Assembly: GCA_965217775.1 (NCBI GenBank)
Contig: CBDCJH010000002.1
Location: 5,952,001 to 6,016,000 of the forward strand
DNA length: 64,000 nucleotides
DNA from: Acidobacteriota bacterium
Lineage (GTDB): Bacteria; Acidobacteriota; UBA6911; RPQK01; JAJDTT01
Direction: 5' to 3'
Made by a program: the position numbers and the translations under genes. Below are positions 20,271-29,541 of this stretch, piece after piece (the first letter of the stretch is position 1; every line of letters begins with the position of its first letter). The notes beneath the pieces were generated by a model. It was not told the DNA's origin, did no database searches, and worked only from the letters and a program-made list of their open reading frames with translations.

Positions 20271-21578
20271 ATGATCCGCCGCATCGAAGCCCTGAACTTT
20301 CGTTGCCTGCGCTACGTGGATGTTCACCTCGACGGCTCGTTTCACATCCTGGTCGGCCCCAACGCCAGCGGGAAGAGCACCCTGCTCGACGTGATCGGTT
20401 TTCTGGGCGACCTCATTCGCGATGGACTCGACGCGGCCGTCGACCGGCGCACCCGAAACTTCCAGGATCTGGTGTGGAATCGCCCGAGAAAGAACCCCGG
20501 TTTCGAGTTGGCAGTGGAGTTCGACATTCCCGAGGCGTTTGCACGCAAGCTGCCTGATAAGGAGGATTATCGAACCTTCCGATACGAGATCGCCGTCCGG
20601 GAGGGAAATGATGGCCTCGGCATCGCTTCCGAAGGAGGCTTTCTGGGTACTGGGTGGCGGACGATCCCCGAGGAAAACCCGTCGTTTGACGAAGACCCAT
20701 TCTCGCTGACAAGGAATTTTCCGTCGTCCAGACCGACCCCGAAGTCGATTCTCACAAATGCCGATGACTACGACTATCGCCCTGTCCTCCAAAAGTCCGC
20801 GAAGGGTACCGACTCCTTCAACATGGAGGCATCACGGCGTCACGCGTATTTAAGTAGTTCGGATTTGAGCATCAGGTTCGGCCCGCGCCGCTCCACGCTC
20901 AAGAATCTGCCGGAAGACTCGAAGCGGTTTCCGGTTGCCACCTATGTGAAGCGGGTCCTGGAATCAGGCGTACAAAAGTTGTTTCTTGACAGCTGGCGGT
21001 TACGGCGGGCCAGTTCGCCAAATACCCGTCGCGTGGGCTTCGTTCCGGATGGCTCCAACCTCGCCTGGGCAATTCAGCGGCTTGGCAAGATCGATCCCGC
21101 GAAATCAACGGAATGGCTTGAACACGTCCGCACGGCGCTCCGCGAAATCGAAGACATTCGCGTCGTGGAACGGGAAGACGACCGCCACGCGTACCTGATG
21201 CTCCGCTACGCGACGGGAGTGGAAGTTCCGTCCTGGACGGTCTCCGACGGCACCTTGCGGCTGCTGGCACTGACGCTTGCGGCGTATCTGCCCGACAGCG
21301 AAAAGATCTACCTGCTGGAGGAACCGGAAAACGGAATACACCCCATGGCCGTCGAGACCGTGTACCAGTCACTCTCCTCCGTTTACGACTCGCAGGTGCT
21401 GGTCGCCACTCATTCCCCGGTCTTTCTGAGTTGTTCCGAGCCGAAGGAGATCTTGTGCTTCGCCAAGAACGACGAGGGCGCCACGGACATCATCGCCGGA
21501 CACCAGCACCCGCGGTTGGCGGATTGGCGCAGCTCCGCCGACGTAGATCTGCTCTTTGCTTCCGAGGTATTCGGGTGA
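20271..21578 (+). CDS. ABC/AAA-type ATPase, MAD3-like (defence-associated)
   Basis: NFRCL, Walker A GPNASGKST, signature VSDGTLRLL, Walker B LLEEPENGIHP, ATHSP. Confidence 0.8.
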   Translation: MIRRIEALNFRCLRYVDVHLDGSFHILVGPNASGKSTLLDVIGFLGDLIRDGLDAAVDRRTRNFQDLVWNRPRKNPGFELAVEFDIPEAFARKLPDKEDYRTFRYEIAVREGNDGLGIASEGGFLGTGWRTIPEENPSFDEDPFSLTRNFPSSRPTPKSILTNADDYDYRPVLQKSAKGTDSFNMEASRRHAYLSSSDLSIRFGPRRSTLKNLPEDSKRFPVATYVKRVLESGVQKLFLDSWRLRRASSPNTRRVGFVPDGSNLAWAIQRLGKIDPAKSTEWLEHVRTALREIEDIRVVEREDDRHAYLMLRYATGVEVPSWTVSDGTLRLLALTLAAYLPDSEKIYLLEEPENGIHPMAVETVYQSLSSVYDSQVLVATHSPVFLSCSEPKEILCFAKNDEGATDIIAGHQHPRLADWRSSADVDLLFASEVFG

Positions 21579-21580
21579 CG

Positions 21581-22210
21581 ATGGGGCGCCAACAGAAGGA
21601 TCTGTTCGTGCTCGTCGCGGATCAGGACATGTACCAAGCCATGCAGAAACTGTTGGCACGTGGCGAAGGTCTTGGAATCCGTTCCATCAGATACTCTGTT
21701 GGTAGACATCTGCAGCGCGATCCGGGCTGTCGAACCGATGCGTCTCGATATCTTCGCCACCGCATTCGCTTTTACCGGTATGCACTCGTAGTGTTCGACA
21801 GAGAAGGTTGCGGTGACGACGCGCCGCGTGGGGAAATTCAGCACAATGTCGAGTGTAACCTGGAGCGCAACGGCTAGGAGCCTGCGCCGCAGAAATTGAT
21901 CTACTGCGAAAGCGGTAGAATCGGTCCAGATTTCCCCGATTTCTCGGCGAATAGAACGACTATGCACCTCAAAATCGAGAAAATCTGGCCTCGATTCCCC
22001 ACTTTCTCGCTACGATCATTTCTACCGCGCAGACTCCTAGAGTGGTCGATCAAAAGCAATCGTGATCGATCCGGAACTTGAGGCGTGGGTTTGGGGCGAT
22101 TCTCAGCGCGTTGCCGAAGTTCTGGGCTGGGGCACCGACTATTCGGGTTTACGGAACTGGCTGTAATCTCAAGATCTTTGGCCGCGCGAATGCCCGAAAC
22201 CTCCGAAACT
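21581..22210 (+). pseudogene. MAD4-like ATPase partner protein, interrupted by 161-bp element and nonsense codons
   Basis: DLFVLVAD, RDPGC, LVVFDREGCG; resumes after insert as AIVIDPELEAWVW...; in-frame TAG 21875-21877 and TAA 22164-22166; truncated after PKPP. Confidence 0.75.
21877..22037. mobile_element. 161-bp MITE-like palindromic element, family A copy 1
   Basis: ~24-bp imperfect terminal inverted repeats GGAGyCTGCGCsGyAGAAAT(T)GATC, flanked by TA on both sides (CTAG target), splits a CDS, second copy at 29322. Confidence 0.9.
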
Positions 22211-22283
22211 TCTTCGCCGGAGCGGTGCTTTTCAGCCGCCGGCTCTTCCTCCGGTCCCGTCGTGCTCCGCTTTGGACCGAAGA

Positions 22284-22308
22284 GGGCACCCACAAGGGGC
22301 GCCCCTAC
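22284..22308 (-). repeat. GTAG-type REP-like palindrome
   Basis: Minus strand GTAG-GGGCGCCCC-TTG-TGGGTGCCC. Confidence 0.7.
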
Positions 22309-22498
22309 CAAATTATTCTTCGTCAATTCGCACAAGAATTCGAGATTGAGGAACTAAATCAGGGCCGCATCCCCTTACCGGAAACTGGACCTACGGACAT
22401 TTGCGGGCAAATGCATTAGCAATTCAGGATCGTGATCTTCACGTAACTCGCTCCGGAATAGTCTCCTTCAAATCCCGGCGTCTCCTCTGGAGACCCGC

Positions 22499-23725
22499 TC
22501 AATAGGACACCAGGTGAGGCCGGAGGGCATCCTCGTCGAACTCCACGCCCAGACCCGGGCGGTCGGGCACCAGCAAGGCTCCGTCCTGAAATACCAGAGG
22601 TTCCTTGAGCACTTCGTCGCGCCAGGGAATGCGGCTGGGGGCGATCCACTCCAGAATGAGCGGGTTGGGAATGGCGGCCATGACATGAGCGGCGGCCATG
22701 GTCCCGACCGGTCCCTTGGTGTTGTGCGGCGCGATGGAGACCTGATGGGTTTCGGCCAGCGCACAGACTTTCTTCATCTCCGTGATGCCGCCGATGTAGA
22801 CGGGGTCGGGCTGTGCCACGTCGACGGCGCCGGCCCGGAAGAAGTCGTTGAAACGGTGCTTGTTGGTCAGGCGTTCGGAACCTGCGATGGGGGTCAGGGT
22901 GCCTTGCCGCACTTGAGCGTATCCGGCGGGGTCTTCCGGGATGGTAGGTTCTTCCAGAAACAGCAGGCGATACGGTTCCAGAAGACGGGCGACCTCCAGC
23001 GCGGCGCCGGGAGCGAAGGCGGCATGCGGATCGTCCATCAGCAGCACCTCTTCCCCCAGCGACCGGCGAAGGGCGGCATAACGCCGGTCGATGTTCCTCA
23101 GCTCCTGACGGCTGATCCCGGGTCCCCGAGTCTCCTGGATGGTGATGCCCGACTTGAGCGCCTTGAAGCCCTCGCCCAGGACCCTCTGCGCGTTGGCCAC
23201 CAGCGTGTCCTCATCCCGTCCGCCGAAATGGGAGTAAACGGGAATTCGGGCAGAGCGGGGGCCGCCCAGAAGGGTGCAGACCGGGGCTCCCAGGGCCTTT
23301 CCCTTCAGGTCCCAAAGAGCCTGGTCGATGCCGCTGATGGCGCTGGTGAAGATGATCCCTCCGGTTCGATAGGCGGTGCCGCCACCGGAGTAGAGGTCCC
23401 GATAGATGCCTTCGATGTCGAGAGCGTCCCGGCCCAGGATGTAGGATTTGAGCTCTTCGACCATTCGAGCGACCACCGTCTCCTTCCGGCTGTAGGTCGC
23501 CTCGCCGATGCCGGTCAGGCCTTCCCCGGTGTGGACCCGCACGTGGGTCCACTTGCGCCCGCAGTCGGACTGAACCAGTTGAACGGTGATGTCCCGGATC
23601 GGCAAGGAGACACCGGACTCGGCCGTTGAAGCCCGGCCGCGAGCCACGCCGGAGCCGCGCGCGCCAAGCCCCCACATCCCGGACCCGAATCCGGCGGTCT
23701 GCAGGAGAAACCTTCTTCGGTTCAT
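22499..23725 (-). CDS. Mandelate racemase/galactonate dehydratase-like enolase-superfamily protein, Tat motif
   Basis: MNRRRFL, TGIGEA, SGIDQALWDLKGK, FLEEP, IAGSER, PDRPGLGVE. Confidence 0.9.
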   Translation of the reverse strand: MNRRRFLLQTAGFGSGMWGLGARGSGVARGRASTAESGVSLPIRDITVQLVQSDCGRKWTHVRVHTGEGLTGIGEATYSRKETVVARMVEELKSYILGRDALDIEGIYRDLYSGGGTAYRTGGIIFTSAISGIDQALWDLKGKALGAPVCTLLGGPRSARIPVYSHFGGRDEDTLVANAQRVLGEGFKALKSGITIQETRGPGISRQELRNIDRRYAALRRSLGEEVLLMDDPHAAFAPGAALEVARLLEPYRLLFLEEPTIPEDPAGYAQVRQGTLTPIAGSERLTNKHRFNDFFRAGAVDVAQPDPVYIGGITEMKKVCALAETHQVSIAPHNTKGPVGTMAAAHVMAAIPNPLILEWIAPSRIPWRDEVLKEPLVFQDGALLVPDRPGLGVEFDEDALRPHLVSY

Positions 23726-23775
23726 GGTGGAAGCCTCTCTGTCCAAAGGTTCGGAACCCGAAGTCCGACCTCGTT

Positions 23776-25482
23776 TCACGACGGTTCGATACGATCGGCC
23801 CCCTCGATCCCCTCGGGACGGGCGAAGCTCCGATACCGCGTCTGGATCTCCACTCCGCTGACGAAGCGCGTCCAGCTTGCCGTCGGCGTCAGCCTCCGGG
23901 CCAGGATCTCGACCGTGTTCTCTCCCTGTTTCAGAAGTTCCGGATCCAGCTTCGTCCGGAGCCAGTGGGCGGCAAAACCGGACGGCGCCTCGATGGGCCG
24001 GCGCAGGCGGACCGGAATTCGAAGCGCGCGTTCATCCGTCACTTCGAAGCGCTCCAGGGGCAGAAGCCGTCCGTTGAAGCGGATCCGGATCTCGTCCTCC
24101 ACCGGGAAGTTCTGAAGCCGGAGGGTGAGCCTGGGTCTCCTCAGCTCGCCGTCTTTCTCCGCTCCCTTCAGATCGTCGGCGACCTGAAGCGTCAAACTGG
24201 CCCACTCGCCTTCTTTCAGTGCGAGTGGCAGCATTCGTTTCGGCGGTGGATCGGTGAAGGTTCCGGCTCCTTCCACCGGCTGGAGAAAGTAACGCTTGTC
24301 CTCTCGTTGGTAGGTCTCCGGATAGGCCATCTCCCGGAGGATCTGATGCTCCTTCCGGTCCAGGGGCCAGCGCAGGTAGCCGAGATAGAGGCCGGTGGCT
24401 CCCTGGGACCTGAGGGACTGTCCCAGGGCTCGATACATCTCGATGGTGGGTCGGGGCGTCCTTTCGTCGTAGACTCTCAAGGGAGGACGGACATAGACTC
24501 CGGCCCTTTGCCCGGACGCCTCCACCAGCCAACCCACGTCCACGGCCGGCTCGAAGAGCTGGTCCGGGACCTGGCCCACCACCAGATCCAGGTTGCCCTG
24601 GCGGAGCCACGCTTCAACGTCGAGGCCCAGCTTGAGGTTCTCGTCCTTCCGGTGGAACACGCGGGCGCTGACGGTAACGGGTCGATTCCGCTTGCGGCCG
24701 ACCTCATCGGCCAACTCGCGGACCTGGCTCACGAAGCGGTTCATGAGGGGGATGTTCTTCTCCACTTCCCGCTGCTTGAAGTAGGAGGCGAAGAACATGA
24801 AGTCCAACTCGATGCCGTCGGCTCGGTAGTCTTCCAGAACCTCACGGACCATGGCCAACTTGTCCGCCCGGACGCTCTCCAGGGAGAAGTCATAGCAGAA
24901 CTGGAATCCGGGATGTTTCTCATCCGTCTCCCCGATGCAGACTGACTTTCCCCGTCTCCACTTGAGCCACCCGCAACGCTGGGAGCCGGGTCTGTTCCCG
25001 TCCTGAAGCTTCAAGCTGGGGAGAACCGGAAGTCTCTCTTTCCGTCCCCGTCGGATCACCTCGCGGAGCTGGTCCGTCCCCAGCTTTCTGGCGTCCCGAA
25101 CCATGCACATGATCCGCCAGTCGATGATGTGTTCCCAGGTCTGCTTCTCCTGTCCCACCACTCGCCCGGCCTTGCTGGCGTGGAAATACACGTCGCCATA
25201 GCCCAACCCCAGGACCAGCATTCCCACTCCCGTTCCCAGCACTTCGTCCACCGGCCGCTGGAGCTGAAAGCGGCTCACCGGCGGATCGATCCTCTTGGCA
25301 TGGAAGTGGTGGGCGTCGTTGTAGTAGATGAGGCGAGGCAGCGTCGGAACGCCACGATCCGCGGCGGCCGGCGCTGCTCGGCCCGATTCGCGGGCAGAGA
25401 CCCCACGGGACGCCGCCAGCGAGGTGGCCGCTACTCCCGGCCCCACGCCCACGAATCGTCTCCGTGTCCAGTTCGGTTTCAT
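23776..25482 (-). CDS. Tat-exported hypothetical protein, glycoside hydrolase-like TIM barrel (GHL10-like)
   Basis: TRRRFV, LIYYNDAH, YRADGIELDF, GLDVEAW; GTGA overlap with downstream ORF. Confidence 0.65.
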   Translation of the reverse strand: MKPNWTRRRFVGVGPGVAATSLAASRGVSARESGRAAPAAADRGVPTLPRLIYYNDAHHFHAKRIDPPVSRFQLQRPVDEVLGTGVGMLVLGLGYGDVYFHASKAGRVVGQEKQTWEHIIDWRIMCMVRDARKLGTDQLREVIRRGRKERLPVLPSLKLQDGNRPGSQRCGWLKWRRGKSVCIGETDEKHPGFQFCYDFSLESVRADKLAMVREVLEDYRADGIELDFMFFASYFKQREVEKNIPLMNRFVSQVRELADEVGRKRNRPVTVSARVFHRKDENLKLGLDVEAWLRQGNLDLVVGQVPDQLFEPAVDVGWLVEASGQRAGVYVRPPLRVYDERTPRPTIEMYRALGQSLRSQGATGLYLGYLRWPLDRKEHQILREMAYPETYQREDKRYFLQPVEGAGTFTDPPPKRMLPLALKEGEWASLTLQVADDLKGAEKDGELRRPRLTLRLQNFPVEDEIRIRFNGRLLPLERFEVTDERALRIPVRLRRPIEAPSGFAAHWLRTKLDPELLKQGENTVEILARRLTPTASWTRFVSGVEIQTRYRSFARPEGIEGADRIEPS

Positions 25483-25516
25483 GGTCAGGGGGCTCCTGTA
25501 GCCACTGCGCCGGATT

Positions 25517-26809
25517 CTATCCCTGGGGATCCCGTTTCCAGCCTTCCATCTGCTCCCGGTACCACTCTTCCCCGTGCACTTCCTTCTTGTTGAGGTACCG
25601 GCTGATGTGGGGGAGGATTTTCAGCTCCCGGTCCTTAACCGGAAGCCGAACGGGGGCGTAACCCTGGCGGTGCGACTGCCGCAGGGCGATGCCCAACTCC
25701 AGGGCCAGCCGGAGGTCGTCTCCGCTGGTTCGCGGCGGGATTCCCTTTTCCAGGGCGTCCACCAGGGACTGGATTCCGGCCATCTGACGGGTGCCGGGGT
25801 GCCGCCACCCTTCCTCGTCATAGACCCTCCGCCCGAGTCCCGAATCGGGGTACAGTCCCCGGATTTCCTCCAGGCTGTCCCGCCGTCGAGGATCCTTGGC
25901 ACTGGCCTTCATCCGGAAGAGGCGGAACGTATACCAGTCGCTCAAGAAGACCCCTTTGCTGCAGAGCACCTCGATCCCCATACGAGCCACAGGCTGGTTG
26001 TGAATGAAGCACTCTATGCCGTTGCTGAAGCGGACGGTTCCGCCCATGCCCTGGTCCTGGTCGCTGAAGGGATCTCCGCGGGTCCAGCCACACACCCACT
26101 CCACGGGTGCATCCCGGGCGAACAGCCTCATGACGCTCAGGCCCTGGCACCCGCCCCCGGAGATCTCGTTGGTGGACTGGTAGAGGTTCAGGCCGCGGAC
26201 TTCGCCCAACTCCCCGGATTCCAAGGCGTCTCGAGCCTGCCAGAACTGGGGAAAGTTGCGGTACATGTCGCCGCCGGCGAAGACGATTCCCTTTCTCTTG
26301 CAGGCTTCGACCATCTCGTCCGCCTGCCGTAGACTGGCGGAAATCGGTTTCTCGCAGTAGATCGCCTTGACCGGGAACTCGGTACATCCCACGACCACGC
26401 CCGGGTTGGCTTTCACCGGAAGGATAGGCGAGACGATGTCCACCTTCTCCCGGGCCAGCATCTCCCTGTAGTCCCTGTATCCCGGAACGCCGAACCTTCT
26501 GGTGAAAAGCTCCAGGTTCTCCGGGTCGATATCGGCGGCGGCCACGACCTCCGTCCTGGGATGGAGCACATAGCCCCTGGCGTAGCCGGTCCCCTTGCGG
26601 CCGCACCCCACGATGGCGGCCCGGTACGGGGACCCCGTGGCGGGCGTAGCAGCCTTGAGGGAGGACTCCTGCGAGGCGACCGCGAACAGGGAGACTCCGC
26701 CGGCCCGAAGGAATTCACGCCGGTTATGACCCGAGGCTTCCCGGGAAGAGGTCTCGATGTCTTGAGCCCCGGTCGTGCCAACGACGGAAAAGTTTTTTGG
26801 CCTCATCAT
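25517..26809 (-). CDS. Gfo/Idh/MocA family oxidoreductase, Tat motif
   Basis: NRREFL, IVGCGRKG, YCEKP. Confidence 0.88.
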   Translation of the reverse strand: MMRPKNFSVVGTTGAQDIETSSREASGHNRREFLRAGGVSLFAVASQESSLKAATPATGSPYRAAIVGCGRKGTGYARGYVLHPRTEVVAAADIDPENLELFTRRFGVPGYRDYREMLAREKVDIVSPILPVKANPGVVVGCTEFPVKAIYCEKPISASLRQADEMVEACKRKGIVFAGGDMYRNFPQFWQARDALESGELGEVRGLNLYQSTNEISGGGCQGLSVMRLFARDAPVEWVCGWTRGDPFSDQDQGMGGTVRFSNGIECFIHNQPVARMGIEVLCSKGVFLSDWYTFRLFRMKASAKDPRRRDSLEEIRGLYPDSGLGRRVYDEEGWRHPGTRQMAGIQSLVDALEKGIPPRTSGDDLRLALELGIALRQSHRQGYAPVRLPVKDRELKILPHISRYLNKKEVHGEEWYREQMEGWKRDPQG

Positions 26810-27000
26810 TGCACCCCGTGGTTGATCGAGCCCTCGTCGGACGGTCTGGAAACCCTTGCCAGACTGGAGTTCCTGACTGGTTCAAGAGAGTACCCATGGC
26901 CTTGGCCTGTTGGCAAATCCGGAGGCTGTCCTGCAGCCGTGTGCCCGCAAGGCGGCCAACCCGTCCTCGCCCCGGGGAATACGGGAAGACGGGAAATGGT

Positions 27001-27804
27001 TCAGCGAGACTTCTTCAGCGCGTAAAGGGCGATCGGAGTGATCAGTCGAGCCGCCAGCGCCGGCGACAAGCGGTTCAAGCCGACCATGAGCCGACCCAGC
27101 CCGGTCAGGTGCACTTCCCGGCGCCGCCGGCGAACCGCCTCCACAATGGTACGAGCTACGGATTTCGAGGTGGCGGCCGCCCGGAAAAGACTGATGGCGG
27201 GAGCAGCGCTGGCAGTGCGGTGGGCCGCCTCAAGGAACTCGGTTTCGGTCAGGCCGGGACAGATGAGACTGATCCCGACACCGCTCCCTCGAAGTTCTCC
27301 CCAGAGCGCTTCGGCCAGGGCCGCCTGGGCGAACTTGGTCACGCAGTACGCCGAGAAATAGGGCATGGCCAGTCTGCCGACGACGCTGCTGACCAGGACG
27401 ATGTGTCCGCTCCCTTGCCGGAGCAGTCCGGGAAGGGCCGCGTGGATGGTCTCGTATCCGGACTGAAAGTTGACCTGCCAGATTCGGGTCAGCTCGTCCG
27501 GAGGAGTCTCGACGACGGGCCCCACAATGCCGTATCCGGCGTTGGAGACGACAATATCGAGGCCTTGGAGTCGACTCCGGCATTCGCGGACGATTTCCGT
27601 TCCGCGGCCCGGCCGGCTCAGATCATGGGCGGCCCAGACGGCCTCTCGTGCACCCCGGCGGCCGCACTCAAGTGCCACCTGCTCCAACCGTTCGGTCCGG
27701 CGAGCCACCAGAAAGAGCTCGCAGGATTCCGCGGCGAACGCGTAGGCGGTGGCTTCCCCGATGCCGGACGACGCCCCCGTAATGAGGACCTTTCCGCCCC
27801 TCAT
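27001..27804 (-). CDS. Short-chain dehydrogenase/reductase (SDR)
   Basis: TGASSGIG, NAG, YCVTK catalytic motif. Confidence 0.92.
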   Translation of the reverse strand: MRGGKVLITGASSGIGEATAYAFAAESCELFLVARRTERLEQVALECGRRGAREAVWAAHDLSRPGRGTEIVRECRSRLQGLDIVVSNAGYGIVGPVVETPPDELTRIWQVNFQSGYETIHAALPGLLRQGSGHIVLVSSVVGRLAMPYFSAYCVTKFAQAALAEALWGELRGSGVGISLICPGLTETEFLEAAHRTASAAPAISLFRAAATSKSVARTIVEAVRRRRREVHLTGLGRLMVGLNRLSPALAARLITPIALYALKKSR

Positions 27805-27850
27805 TTCTGGGCTCGGATTGCTCGCCGCGGGGTGCGAGGAGAAATACCGG

Positions 27851-29245
27851 TTAATCTTCGTCGTCCAGTTCTTCCGGCATGAGGACGAACTCGGGATAGG
27901 CTTCCATGCCCAGCTCCCCCACGTCCTGTCCCAGCCGTTCCACCTGGGCCGACACCCGCACGCCCATCGTCACCGCCAGCACCTTCCACACGATCAGTGA
28001 AGTCGCGAACACGAACGCACCCACCGCCAAGATGCCCAGCAACTGGACGCCGATGTTGCCGCCCGCCGCGATGCAGACCGCGATCGTTCCCCAGGTCCCC
28101 GCAAACAGGTGCGCCGGCACCGCCCCCACCACGTCGTCGATCTTGAACTTCTCCAGGAACTTGATCCCCGCCGTGCACAGGATCGCTCCGATGGCGCCGA
28201 TGATGATCGACCAGTGGTGCGACACGATGTCCGGTCCCGCCGTGATCGCCACCAGGCCCGCTATCGCCCCGTTCAACGTGGCGAACAGGTCATTGCGCCC
28301 CAGTATCGGCCTCGACACGATCAGGGCCGTCACCACCCCGGCCGCCGCCGCCAGGTTCGTGTTCACCAGCACGTGGCTCATCGCCATCGCGTCCGCCGCG
28401 CTCCCCAGCGCCAACTGCGACCCGCCGTTGAATCCGAACCACCCGAACCAGAGGATGAACACCCCCAGCGTCACCACGATCACGTTCGACGGCGGCGTCG
28501 GCTTCACCGTCCCGTCCTTCCGGTACTTGCCCAGCCGCGGCCCCACGATCAGGATCCCCGCCAACGCGGCCCAGCCGCCCGTACTGTGCACGATCGTCGA
28601 ACCGGCGAAATCCTGGAATCCCATCGCGTTCAGCCAGCCGCCGCCCCAGGTCCACGCGCCCACCACCGGGTAGATCACCGCCGTCAGCACCGCCACGAAC
28701 ACGAAAAACGACCACATCTTCACCCGCTCGGCCAGCGCCCCCGAGACGATCGACGCCGCCGTCGCCACGAACACCATCTGGAAAAACCAGTCCGACATGG
28801 TCGAGTACTTGCTGTCGGCCCCCGTCACCGCGGCCGCCGCCCCGTCCTGGCCCGCCACCAGCGCCAGATCTTCCGCCGACGGCCCGTACAGCAGCTTGAA
28901 CGACCCGATCACGCTCCCCACGTCCGTGTACATCAGGTTGTACCCGATCACGTAGTAGGCCAGCCCCGCGATCGAGTACAGCCCGATGTTCTTCATGCAG
29001 ATCATGGAGGCGTTCTTGGTCCGCACCGATCCCGACTCCAGCATCGTGAACCCGGCGCACATCCACATCACCATGGCGCCCCAGATCATGAACGAGAAGG
29101 TGTTGAAAACGTACAGCACCTCTTCGTCCACCGCCGCCTGCGCCGCCGCCGTCCCGCAGAGCAGACAGATCACCAACAGCAACAGCTTTCCCACCACGCC
29201 CCGCACCAGCCGTCTGTGCAGCGGGGTCTTCGCTCCTTCTCTCAT
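27851..29245 (-). CDS. amt: Ammonium transporter
   Basis: GF..LESGSVR.KN, FFQMVF, DFAGSTIVHSTGG, GWFGFNGGS, DDVVGAVPAH. Confidence 0.95.
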   Translation of the reverse strand: MREGAKTPLHRRLVRGVVGKLLLLVICLLCGTAAAQAAVDEEVLYVFNTFSFMIWGAMVMWMCAGFTMLESGSVRTKNASMICMKNIGLYSIAGLAYYVIGYNLMYTDVGSVIGSFKLLYGPSAEDLALVAGQDGAAAAVTGADSKYSTMSDWFFQMVFVATAASIVSGALAERVKMWSFFVFVAVLTAVIYPVVGAWTWGGGWLNAMGFQDFAGSTIVHSTGGWAALAGILIVGPRLGKYRKDGTVKPTPPSNVIVVTLGVFILWFGWFGFNGGSQLALGSAADAMAMSHVLVNTNLAAAAGVVTALIVSRPILGRNDLFATLNGAIAGLVAITAGPDIVSHHWSIIIGAIGAILCTAGIKFLEKFKIDDVVGAVPAHLFAGTWGTIAVCIAAGGNIGVQLLGILAVGAFVFATSLIVWKVLAVTMGVRVSAQVERLGQDVGELGMEAYPEFVLMPEELDDED

Positions 29246-29321
29246 TGCTCCCTCCCAACTTGTAATCGTGGCGAACGCAGAATCCGTTGGACCCGCAGTC
29301 GAGATAAATTGATCTCAGCTA

Positions 29322-29482
29322 GGAGCCTGCGCGGCAGAAATTGATCTACTGCGAAAGCGGTAGAATCGGTCCAGATTTCCCCGATTTCTCGGCGAATAGA
29401 ACAACTATGCACCTCCAAATCGAGAAAATCTGGCCTCGATTCCCCACTTTCTCGCTACGATCATTTCTACCGCGCAGACTCC
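29322..29482. mobile_element. 161-bp MITE-like palindromic element, family A copy 2
   Basis: Differs from 21877-22037 at 3 of 161 positions; flanks CTA...TGG. Confidence 0.9.
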
Positions 29483-29541
29483 TGGAATTATCGAATCCAT
29501 CCAGTCGATGCCGAACTTCCCGGGACGTCTACCGCGAGCAC

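Noticed and set aside
21875-21877. In-frame TAG as possible amber recoding
   Set aside because: TAG is used as a normal stop in the window (e.g. nhaA), and the same gene has an insertion, a TAA and a truncation
21896-22081. Near-identical small ORFs at 21896-22081 and 29341-29577
   Set aside because: They begin inside the 161-bp element with TTG, lack an RBS and diverge outside it; not real paralogous genes
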